Shown here: piece after piece, positions 13,501 to 25,500 of the stretch
How the letters are laid out: each line of letters starts with the position of its first letter
Numbering within the stretch: position 1 is the first letter of the stretch
Source of the DNA: Amoebophrya sp. A120
Lineage: Eukaryota; Protista; Dinoflagellata
Assembly: GCA_905178155.1 (NCBI GenBank)
Contig: CAJINV010000004.1
Span: 5,868,828-5,932,827, forward strand
DNA: 64,000 bases
Direction: 5' to 3'
The notes under the pieces: model-generated
The model's input: only the letters and a program-made list of their open reading frames with translations
Databases searched by the model: none
What the model was told of the DNA's origin: nothing
Program-made: the position numbers and the translations under genes

Positions 13501-16500
13501 GTAGAGTTCTGGCTTTGCCTATTGTTTTTGCTGTCCGCTTTGTTATTCTTGTTCTTCTTTTTTTGTTTGCTATTAGATGTTGTAGCTGTAGTTGTCGCTG
13601 CGCCGCCCTTGTTGCCGGAGCCTGCGTTGTGTCCTCCCCCCTGGAGGCCGCCCCCCCCTGGAGGTTGTGACTCCTCAGGTGCTGCGCATCGAGTGCTATT
13701 ATTTTCAGAGCGGTTGTTCGGGTCGTCTTTAACATGGCAAGGACCGACAGGATTCGCGCTGCAGTTACTTATCCCACTGTTTGCCTCATTGCGTAAAAAC
13801 GGCGCCACCTTTTCCAAGTATCGCTTCTTCTTGTGGTAGTAAATTTGCTTTCCGACAAGAGTGTCGAAGAGTTTACTGTTGTCGACCAATTGTGATTGAG
13901 GTGGTTCATCTTTCGACGCAGCAGATGTCCTTGTTGGCAAACCAGTACTAGTACTAGAAGAAGAACCACCGTGCTGGAGTTGATCTTGACCGTGATGGAA
14001 ATAAACCTTCTCCTCGCCAAACGTTTCCGCCGTCATGGGTGCTTGTTCCAGAAATTTGCACTCCGCTTCCAGTTATGCATTGAAAAAGTAAAAGTATCGT
14101 ACTCGTATAAATGCATTACAAATTTACCCAGCGTGAGAAATAGAATTTGTAATGCAGATTTGCCTTGGAAACAAGATTTGTAATGCAAGACTTGCATTTG
14201 TACGAGTACGATACTTTTGGTTTTGCAGTTGATACCAGTCGGCGGTTGTAGTGCAACAGCTCTTTCAACGAGGGGGCGACCGGCTGCCAGGCTTCGTAGT
14301 AGCATTCTACTGACTATGACAGTGCACAACTCCCCCTCCCCCTCATTTGTATAGCATGAACGGCAATACAAGCACCAGCAAGAGTGCCGGTTTTGCATGA
14401 CAAATTTGCACTGGAGTGTAGTGCTATTTGGGCTACCAGAACTTGTCATGCAAACAATGCCAACAGGCAAACGCAAAGGGTGGACTAGGTATTTTGCATG
14501 ACAAATGAGGGGGAGGGGGAGTTGTGCACCGTCATACTGACTCTACTTCAGACGAACTGGCTTGTTCCTCGCCCTGGCTTCTATTGCTGTTGCAGGTCGT
14601 GCTATCGGCGCAGTTTTTGCTCTTCTTTTTCCGACGTTTGTTCATGTTCCCCAGAAAAGATTTACTTGCTCCTGCTTGGCCTGGTTCTCTACCTGTGGTC
14701 CCGTTTCTGGCTGTCGCGCTTGTTTTTTCATTCACCGTGTCAACAGTCGCGTCTTCTCCTGGCGGTGTCGAGGTCGACTTCACGCTAGTGCTGCTCGAAG
14801 TAGCAGCCGAGTCTTTGCCTCGTGCTCGTCCTGATGTTAAGCCGCTACTTCTACAAGCGGCATCATTTCGTCCCTGTAGTAAATCCTTATCGCCGTTTTG
14901 CTTTTGGTGACCACCATGATCACCGCTGCTCCTATTCTGAGAATTCTTTCTTACATCGTCATCCACCACCAGTCCCGACGCGCTGGTGGTGCCAACCGAT
15001 GCAGCATAGCAGTTGTTGTTATTTCTGTCAACAGTTTCCTTCTTCGTCGCCTTCCGTTTCCTTTCTCGCTCGGCCAGGTCGTTCATTTTGTGGAGAAATT
15101 TGGACCCTTGTATTTCCGGCGAAAACCAGTTTCTACTTGATGTTTCCGCCTTTTGTTCTTCGCCGGCTGGTAGGTTCTTTTTCCGGTCTTTGATGGTACT
15201 GGACCGGTAGTTCACGGTCTGCTCCAACAGCCGGCGTCCCCACCATCCCTTGGCCAGGAAATGCAGAACATCCGCGACGTCGTCTCGGTTGTATTGCGGC
15301 GGCGGGTTTATTTGGGCGGCAGTCGATGAAACATCTGCGGTTTCTGCGGAAGTGGTCACGGAGTTTGTATTGCCGCTTGCCGAAGAACCTGTTGAGCCAG
15401 AAGATGAACCATTGCTCGCCGCTCCTCCTCCTGCGTTGTTCCTTTTATTTTTGGAATTGTTCCGAGAAGTCGTGACAACCGAGTTCTTCGCTCCACTTGT
15501 TACTACACCACCTCCCGTAGAAGTTCCAGGGCCAGCCGTAGTGGCGCCGGCGCCCGGAGGGGTAGACATAGAAGAGGTAGACGCCGCGCCAGTACTTCTA
15601 GAGCTTGCCTTGGATGTCTTTCCCGGAGGACCTCCGCCGGTGGACACATTAGAAGCCGTCGTGTTGTTTTGCATGGGCGTGCCACAAGACGAGGATGTGG
15701 AGCCCGGACTAGAACTAGTTGCGTTGTGGTTTTGCGCATCGTGGTGTCCATGCGTGGTACAAGTAGTACCTGCCCCCTCGGTCGATTTTGCATTAGAACT
15801 ACTAGTACCACCACCACCTACGTCCCGCTGCTGGTCTTCCGAAATGCGCTGCTTTTTTTTGTCGCCCGCCCGTTGCTTCAGGTAGTTGCTGAGCCACCAG
15901 TCCGGCGAAGAGTTGTCCAGCATCCTGTGAAAATCGTAGCCCGGGTGCTGTGGTGGAGATGCCTGCTGGTGGCCACGACTCTGAGTCCTGCAGGAGTTCT
16001 GTTGCTGCTTTATTTCTTCACTAGTAGATGTGGGCGTAAGTTCAGTATTTGGCTTCATCCCAGGTTGTTCAATATTCGACTTTGGTGCACGATGAAACAA
16101 GCTCCTTTCCTTGATGTCGCTGCCGTCGAGCATGACCATCTTGTGCACCAGCGGCGCGCGGCGGTGGCGGTTCCGGGCGTGTTTATTAACGTTTCCATTC
16201 TTTCCCCGACGTCCGACTTTGGGAAGCTGCACCACGTCATTACTAGCTTCACTGCTCGCGGACGAAAATGATGCTGTGCTCGTCTCGCTAGAGGACGAAA
16301 AGTCGTCCTGCTCGGAATGCGCCACAATTGAAGAAGGGGCTGTTGAGTCATCTTCTGAGTCGCTAATTTTACAAGAACTTCCTGTTCCTTCATCTTCGCC
16401 CGAGGACGAGCTCGTCATGCCGTCGACATCAGAAGAACTTGCTTCAGTGTCTGAGGAACGATTTGCGCTGCGGCTGTCGCTGCTTGCTGATGTGCAGCCT

Positions 16501-19500
16501 GCTTTCTCGTCGCTGCTGGAGCCTCCAAAGGCCCTCGAGCCAAGACGACCAACATTTATTTTACCACGATTGACCCTGTGCTTGTCTCCGGGTTCTTCAT
16601 CTCTGTCTGTCCTTGTGCTTCTATTCATAGCTCCACCATGGTCCTGTTTATTTTCATGATTCGTCATCTTTTGAGTACTGTTTTTGTTGCCTTGCTTTCC
16701 TGCTGCTGTCTTCCTTCTCCTCTCGCGAGCACGAAGACGCCGGTCGTTCTCGTAGTTTCTCTTGCTTTTTCTCTTCTTTACTCCTGCCCGACCCAAGACT
16801 TTGATCGTCACATCCTCGAACGTGTTTATGGTGCGGTAGAGTTTCCTCCGGCGGTCCAGGTCTAGCAAATGCACCAACAAGGCATCCAGCATGCGCATGA
16901 TTAGCAGGAAGATGGTTTCGATCAGTTCGCAGATGACGTCCAACAAATCGCTGCACAACAGCCACGACGTCCGGCTTTCCCCGGGTGCCGGCAGCGGGCT
17001 GCTTGACAGCCGGAAGAAGGTGGGCGGCTTGGGGTTGGGCAGCTGCCCGGGGCCCTGCGATTGGGCCAGAAAGGGCGCGCAGGCCCGGGTCACGGCATTC
17101 TCGATCGACCGCAGCTTTCGAGACCGCCAGGACTGCGAGATTTTTTTTCGAAGGAGCTCTGCTTCATGTTCCTCTTTTGTTTTAGCACTAGAACCACCTC
17201 CTCCACCAGGGAATACAGCTTGATGCCCAAAAAGGGTCGTTATTCTAGTGCCGCCAAGAATTGTTCCTTGTGCAGCACTTCCGGCGGTAGACGAAGAGCT
17301 AGACTGTTTTGGATTTCCTCCCGTAGTACCAAGAGCTGCCGTGTTGATCGCCTTTATTTTTCGGTTATTCCTGGCGGCCACGCCCGCGGAGCTCCGTCGG
17401 TTGTTGGAGGACCTAATCCCGCCGCTCGCCGCGCCACCGCCGCCCTTGCCTTCGCTCTGTGCCGCTTGCCCGGTCGCGCCAGCACAGGAGGTAGTACTCG
17501 TGCCTGGTTTCTTGCTGTCTGCAGCAGTGCCGCTCGTCGTTCCAAATGTTGTACTCGACACGACCCCTTCTTGCGCGACAATCTGCTGCTCTGCTTCACT
17601 CGTCCCTCCGAAAAGTTTTTTCCGCAGCATTTCTGAGTCCTGCGCCTCCTCGGCGTGCCGGCGTAGCGTGCTGGCGATGAAGTCGTGTGATGAAGTCTTC
17701 GAACAAGATTCGCTACTAGCAACGGCGTTTTTCGACGTCTTGTCGCATTCGTCTCTTCGATTCAGAACGGCCAGCAACGGAAAATCTTCGTTCCTACTGC
17801 AGGATGTTGTTGAATTTGCGTCGCTCTTGTCCTCCGCTCTGAGAACGTCGATTGCAGAAGGACCACTCGATGATCTGCAACTGATTTGTTCCAGCTCCAG
17901 TTTCGTCCGCTCTCGGTCCTTCTGCTTCTGCCGGGGGCTCCGCCCGCTGCCGAAGGGCGGTCGCTTGCGCTCTACCACCTTCTCTTCGCCGGGCCGCGTC
18001 GAGGTGGACCAGAGCACCTGCAGATCGCCCTCACCCTCGCCGGACACAATGGTCTCGAGGAAGTTCTGCGACTCGGGGCTCGAGGGGGCATACACTTGCC
18101 GCATGCGGGCGCGGATCGTGGCGCAAGTGTCCTTATGCATTGCAAATGTGTCTGGGTCTGCGTCTGGAAACTTGTGATGCTAAAATGTGGATGATGGAAA
18201 CATTTTGGAAAGCTAGCACAAGCAGCCTAGCATGACAACTTTCCAGAACGCTTTCTCATAGGTAGTCCGCATGAGAAACTGCGTTTTTGCATCACAAAAA
18301 TGGCTGCCACTTTTGTCGGTTATGCAATACAGATCTCCCACGAATGTGGAGCTAGCATGACAGATTCCAACTTTCCAGACCCAGACATATTTGCTTTTGA
18401 TAGTCCTGAAAAAACATCTCGTCATGCTCGTACAGCCATGCCTATCCACAGTGAACTTCCCGCACACGTACAAATGCGGTCTCTGCATGGCAAAACTTGG
18501 CTTCGATCCTAGTTTAGCATGACAAGTTTCACACTTGAAATTGGGGAAATTTGTGATGCACCTTGTACATGTACGGGAAATTTGTATTGCATAATGCCTC
18601 CTCCGAACCATCCGAGTACGAATGATCCTCGTCCTATACAGGAAAAATAAACACCCATCGCATCCTCATTGAATTTCTGCATGACAAACACAGTATTTTT
18701 TGCATGTTTTGCATGACAAATCATTGGATGGGGATGGGTGCTTTCTCGTGGATACGTCCGAGCTGTCGGTCGTTCTCTCTTCTGAAGAGCTGGAGGTGGA
18801 AACTGAAGCAGATCGGTTATGGGTGCCTTGTTTTCCTCCGCGGCTTTTGCTCTTGTTTCCGCTAGATAATGTTGAAGTAGTTGCTGTGCCACCTCCACCG
18901 TTCTTCCCCTTAGTACTCTTGTTTCGGAGATTGCTCTCTTTATTGTTCTTCCGCTCCGTCGCAGCTTTCTTGGCCGCTTTGCTCTTACGGCTGTTTTGCT
19001 TACTGCTGATGGCCTCGCGGATCTGCTGCTGCACGGTCTTCGTATTCTCGATCGGCAGGGGATTTTTAGCAGTAGAGGCGGGGTGCTTGTTGTTCGTACT
19101 ATTGCTGCTAGTACTCGAGGTTGAAGACCCTTTCGTTGAATTTGTGTTTGTTCCGTTGACTGTGCCTGCTTTGCTGTTCGCGTTCCCACTAGTAGTACCA
19201 CGACCAGGAGTGCCTTCTGTTGTGCCGGCTGCAATACTGTTACAACTACCTGACGAGCCAGAACACAAACTGTTGTTCTTCTTATTTCCACTAGACGAGC
19301 CAGCTGCAGCTCTCTTCCCTCGCGATCCGCCCGCGGCGCTGCAGCTGTCCAAGGCAGCAGCGGTGCCCGCCGTAAATAGCACGCGGGTGACGGTGATCGG
19401 GTCCCCTGTGCCGCGCATGGCGAAAACGCAATGCTGCCACACCTGCTCCAGCTGTCTGCTGATCGAACTGCACGCGTGTTCCAGCGCACACGCGTTTCCG

Positions 19501-22500
19501 CCGACGTACTTGACCAGAAACGCGGGCAGTAAATACGCGGCCAAATCGACGCAAAACCACCCGTACCGCAGGTTTTGAACGTCCTCGAAGGAAGCAGTGC
19601 TGGAAGAACTTGAATTGCTAGAACTACTAGCGCCGTCCTCCTGCGACTCATCATCCTGCCCGTCCTTCATCTTCGCGTCCTCCTCCTCCTCCTCCCCTGC
19701 CCCCGTCGCATCGGGCCAGGAAAACAGGCACCGCACGTTGTAGGTGGTGCCGCGGTTTAGAAACAAACTGTCATTGTGGTGGTAAAACATCTGGTGGCCC
19801 CCGCCAAAGGAGTTGTCGAAGCGGCCGCGCAGAAGGGTGTCGAGAAAGCTCGACTCGACCGACGTCGGAAGCTTTTGGCAGCTTGAGGATGTTTCAGATT
19901 TCGTATTTGATGTAGTAGTTCCTGAAGCTAGGCTGGCTAGTGAACTGTCCAAACTTCTTATTTCCTTGACATTTTTATCGCCGTCCTGACCTGAACCATG
20001 GTGATCCACAACAGCGGTTGACGGAACTGCCGCGCGTGTAGTCGCGGGGGCCGTTTTCGAGCTCGAGGACAGGGGATGAGCCAGGGGGTTTTTGTTTTTC
20101 AAAGTGGCAACACTTGTTGCACCTGCTTCGTCGTGGTAGTCCACCCCACGATTCGCACTCGAGGATCCTGCTGCTGTGGATGTGGTCGTAGAACTCGACG
20201 ACGCCGTTGAATTTTGAAGATTCACCGCGCAATTTTCTGTGCTAGGTACAAAACCACGTGGTCCTGGTCCCGCTGCAGCCGCATCATTCTTCATCCCTGT
20301 GGTCTCCGCAGAAGATGTAGCCGAAACGACGCTCCTCTTTTTCGCTGCGGCCTTGATGAGCGCATTTGCGAGAAGTGAATTTTTACCAACAACAGCAGCA
20401 GTTCCGGGCGCAGCTGCGCCGATGGCGGACGACCCCGAGGCTGTCGTTCTGGAATTATCTTCTGCACGATTAGAAGTAGGGCCAGCTGGTGTTGTAGAGA
20501 GCGCGGGTGGTCCTGGTCCACCGTCCGTGTTGCAGACAACACTAGGTGCTGATTTGTTCTTGTTGTTACACGACCCTAGTGGCTCCTTTTGTGGTGAAGA
20601 GGTAGAAGATCCTCCTCCTGTGGGGGCCCCACTGGTGCTTTTTAGCACATTTTTCGTGCTGCTGCTGGTGTTTTTCATTTCAGTCATTGGCTTACTGTTG
20701 CTTTCGTCCATGAGCTGCCGCATCCGTCGGATTTCCGCCGCTGACAGATTTGCGGATTCCGGATCGTGCGCGTCCCACTGCACAACTGTGCCGGTTACTC
20801 CCATAACGCACCCCCATGCTCACAAATGAAAAAACTCCGAAAGGATTCCGACGAGATTACGAAACTGTGAATGAAAATTGCTGCGGAGGGACTTGCCAAA
20901 AATGAGCCGAAGACCCTCCGCCCGCTCCTGATCGAACGGCCCGCCCCTGTGTCGTTTTGCGATCGCGTTGGCCTCTGCCGCCTTTGCCAAGCCATCGCGG
21001 TCGAGGAAAAAGTAGATCGCAGAGAGCAAGTCGCTGCCATGGTCGTAGACCATAACTTTAGCTGCAACAATCTATGCTCATAACTTTAGAAACAAAGGCG
21101 CTGGCCATAGGTTATAAAAAAGAGCAACCAGCACGACCGAGATAGAAACAGGAAGGGACTGGACGCAGATAGAAGACGAGAGCAGGCGGGCCGTTCCGGT
21201 TTTCCATCCCGCTTTCAGCGAGCGGCGGACATAGGTGGGGAAAAGGCGAGCCGTATGGACGTGGTGCTGGGCGTGCCTGCGCACACCACGACAAAAGGCG
21301 TGAAGGATCTAGTTTCGAAATGGAGAGGTTATTTTTTCAGACGCAAACACACCGAAGTCAAATTCGAACAACATCTAAAACTACTCCAAATTCCACAAAT
21401 ACGCATTACAGATTTAATATTCCAAGTCTAGTCTTTCCCAGTTTCTAATGCTATTTCGCGTCTTTTCATATTCCTAACCGTGTCCGTAGCCGTGGCTCAG
21501 CTCCTTGAAAGTAGTGAAAAGGCAGTTTGTAATGCGAATTCAGCGTAAATCAGACCTAATTTCTTTGCTTTCTTCTTCTCTTCTTTTCTCTTTCCTTTTC
21601 TTTTCAATCGCGGCAAGAATTTGCTTGCTTTTCCTTGGTTTTCGGTCTTTTCTCTTGCTCGATCGATTTCTTGGCTTTTCCTTATCATCCTCTTCATTTT
21701 CTGAGTTTTGATCTATGAGAAACAGCGTTCAAAACTAGTTTTCAATTACACAAACCGCCCCCAACGCTTTTTCTCATGATCAAAATCTAAAACCACAAAT
21801 CTTACAGAAGCTTGAAACAGAAACGGATGGTCTAAATCCTACATGAAATTCTAAATCGTAAATCCAAATCTGTATAGCATAAATCCATAAACAGCTTCCA
21901 TAAACTTCGTCTTCCAATCCTCATCACATCATCTACTTCCATCGCAGCATCGATTTCTTCTCATCGCAAATCCGAAACCAATACCGTAACGTCGTCAGCA
22001 AATCCGTATCATGCGCACAGCGAGCACCAATTGAAGGATCCCATGTCCAAATCCATCTTCGTCCTTCTTATCGCAAATTCTCCCGTCGTACTCCAAAGCC
22101 GGTCGTAGTTCAAATCCAGCAACACAAATTCGAATTGTCGTCGCACAAGATCAAGTTCGTCATCTCGTAGTCCAACCATTTATCGAAATCCAGCATGACA
22201 AAGTCGCATCCGCGTCGGCTCCTGTCCAAAACAAATTGTTCGCCGCATGTACTCCAGAAACAAATCTTCCTTCCACACCGTATCAGCACCGGGATCGCGT
22301 AAATCTGAAGTCGTCTCATTCTCGAGTCGCGATTGGTATCGGAAGGTCTGCATGCGATGGTCGGGAACAAATTCTTCTCCGGCCGAAAAGCGAAAACAAA
22401 TCTTCGTCGCCCCGAGCGTAAAACCGCATTACAAATTTCGCAATAGGAATCGAACTCGTGCTGCAATTTCCCCAAACGAACCCGAAGTCAGGCTCTTGTC

Positions 22501-25500
22501 GGTCGGAGTACAAAAAGTCGTCGAAAGATACAGGCGTAGTCCGTGGTCGTCGAGTAGTCTTAGAACCGAAATCGCACGGGGTCATCGACATCTGCATCGT
22601 CCTTACGTCAACGGGGAAAGAACGGCGGTCGTGGTGCAGAAGCAATTTTTCGTCGCAAGGGTGCCAAAGTCGTACAGAAATTCATCGGCCGGCTGTCGGT
22701 ACCATCGGCGCGTCACATCGAAAACGAAGATCGTGCTGCCGTCGGTCGAAAACAAATCTCTCCAGCATCGGCAGGTGGCACTGCCCCCTAACGCCATACG
22801 AAGCTCGCCGTCGTCCTCCATCCGAAAACTCCAATCTGTCATGCTGAACGGAAGCAGATTCAAACTCTGCCGCGTCGGTGTCTGCGAATCCTGAAAACCC
22901 TGCATCCGAAAAACTGCGCGTCTTGCCATCGTCACTGCTACTGCTGATCCTGCGTCTAAATTTCCGTGTCTCCTAGTCCCTGCATTTGAAAGTTGTAAAA
23001 GTTGAAGTCAAAGTCGCTCCGCGCCCCCATTGCTGTGTTCCAAAATCTTACATCCGAAAGACCGCAGCACTCGTTGTCACCACTGCTGCTGCTGTTCGCG
23101 CTACTATTACTGTATTCCGTTTTCCTTTTTCGTTCCTGCGTCTAAAAATCGGAGTCAGTGCTGCGTGCTGCTTGTTGTCGAAATCGAAATTGTTCTACGC
23201 CCCCATACTGCTCTACGTTCTTGCTTCGCGGTGTTTCGCGTTCGTATCGGCGACCTCTTCCTACTGTTCTCTGCTCTGCGTCCTGGTTTTTGCTTTTGCT
23301 TTTCTGTTGCTGCTTTGCTTTCATAGTCTATGCCCGTGTTTTAGTGTTGTCCCGAGTTTTCTTCTTGTTGTCCTGGTGCTTTCGCACCTCTGCCCGAGTG
23401 TACTCGTCAAGGTCTACTAGTGCCTAAAAGCCCGAAACCCGAAGTCAAATTATCATCGCCGTCATTCGTCATCTACTCTTCTTTCTTCATCCCGAACACA
23501 AGTGCAGATCTATCTTCAGCAGGTAGTCATCCCCGAAACCCGAGAGGACCAGAGGACCAAAATCCTAAAACTGCGAACACAAACCTCGAGCCCCGAAGCT
23601 AGAAATCTTGAATCCCGGTAGGTCAGCGTGTATCGGGAGCCTGAATCAGGACGGAACACCAAGCGAAGAAGTTGCAGTCACCGACAAAGTCGACCGCAGT
23701 ACGACTACACGCCCCCTGACTGGAACTTCTTCTTCATCTTCTTATCTTCATCACTGCGTCTTCGAAAAAGCAACAGCTTCTACCGGCGTTGCGAACACAA
23801 AGGGGGAAGGGGAAAAGTCGCAGTCTTGGGTTTCGCCCTGTACTACTGCTGTCGCCCCCGTTGCTACAAGTCGGGGTCGTAAGTAGTTACGCCTGCTACA
23901 ACCGCTTCATGTCGAATCTGGCCGCAGGCTCGAACTGCGAAAGCAAAGAAAATCTCTTTCATGCATCTAGGTATGTACTATATTGAGCTGTCTACATCTG
24001 TGCCGCTCTCCTTTCTTCGTCGGTACTGCTACTGCTGATCTACCTATCCAGCCCGCTCTTCGTCTAAAATCTTGAGCCGGGTTCTCTCGTGCGAGACTGG
24101 AATAGTACTCCATCTTCGTAACGCCGTGGTTGAAATTTGGAGGCGGAAATGCAATCCGAATTACTGCTGCGTCCGAAAGAAACTCTTACTCTTCATCTTC
24201 ACGCCAACGGTCTCTGCACGGAGTGCCGCTTTCTCCGTCTCCGCTGTTCAAAACAAATCCTGCATGTCTACTACTGTAAACGGCCGCTCCGCTCTGCACT
24301 GCTACTGTGAGGGAGGGAGGTCTTCTGCTCCTGCTGTGCTCGAAACAAATCTCGAAAAAGTAGTAGTACCCACAAGCCCTGGTCTCTACTTCTACTCCCA
24401 AATCAAAAACACCTGCACCATAGTCAAGCCCGCTTCTACCTGCTTCTGCAAAAAAAAACACATCGCCGCATCTTCATCCCCGTCTCTACGTAGTGAACTG
24501 GTGAACAGGCTACCGCCGTCTTGTCGAGCTACTCCCGTTTCGTTAGTGGGCAAAGCAAAGTAGCAAGCAACCACTCAAAGCCTTCTGTAGCTGTTCTCCG
24601 TCACTGTCGGTCTTGCTGGAATAGTCGCGCGCCTATAAATCTGCATCGGGTCCTGCTGCAATACATAAATCGAAAATCTTCGCTGCCATCGCTTAACCGT
24701 AACCGCAGAAAAACAACATCCGTATCCGTAAGTCGAAAAAATCCCATAAATCTTGGAACGTACCCCAGGCGCATCTGTAAACTGTTCTCCCGCGAACTTT
24801 GTGGCGACTGGGGTCTCGTTAAACAAATAAATCTATCCAGTGGCAGAAGAACTCCTTGTCCTTCTCCGTATAAAAAATCTTTTCCCGTGGTCTAAAAAAT
24901 GTAAGCGGCTTCCGGTTCTGGGACTGGTCTGGTTGATCTCCGTTCTATTCCTTTTCAGCATCGTCTAATCCAAATTCTTTGCGCGGTTCTGTTCCATTAA
25001 GAGCTCTAATCTCCATTGTTCTCGACTTCACCTGCGGGCCAGGTGTGTTTCCACCTCTTGCTGAAGCAAACTTTTCCCCCTTCATGTAATACTGTTCTTG
25101 CGGTTTCTTTGCGGCGTTCTTGTGGTGCTTCTTCTCCTTCTTTAGCGCCTTCTCTTTCTTCCTTCGGTTCTTCGAGGCCATTGTAGTGGGGAATCTAACT
25201 AAAACAGTAGAAAGCATCTTCGCAGCTGTGTCGAACTATGCCCAGGTTCTCCACCAATTGAAGGATCTAGTTTCGAAATGGAGAGGTTATTTTTTCAGAC
25301 GCAAACACACCGAAGTCAAATTCGAACAACATCTAAAACTACTCCAAATTCCACAAATACGCATTACAGATTTAATATTCCAAGTCTAGTCTTTCCCAGT
25401 TTCTAATGCTATTTCGCGTCTTTTCATATTCCTAACCGTGTCCGTAGCCGTGGCTCAGCTCCTTGAAAGTAGTGAAAAGGCAGTTTGTAATGCGAATTCA

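Noticed and set aside
14532-20829. Long plus-strand ORFs (e.g. 17248-18177, 18700-19578)
   Set aside because: Antisense shadows of low-complexity minus-strand exons.
20805-21053. LisH-like ORF separated from ORF 18666-20804 by a single in-frame TGA (possible readthrough, Sec or alternative code)
   Set aside because: It lies inside the left end of the giant element; the real upstream exon joins at 28467. Long stop-free ORFs elsewhere fit the standard code.
21753-25258. Autonomous retrotransposon or transposase gene
   Set aside because: No long ORF and no RT (YxDD), integrase or DDE motifs are visible.
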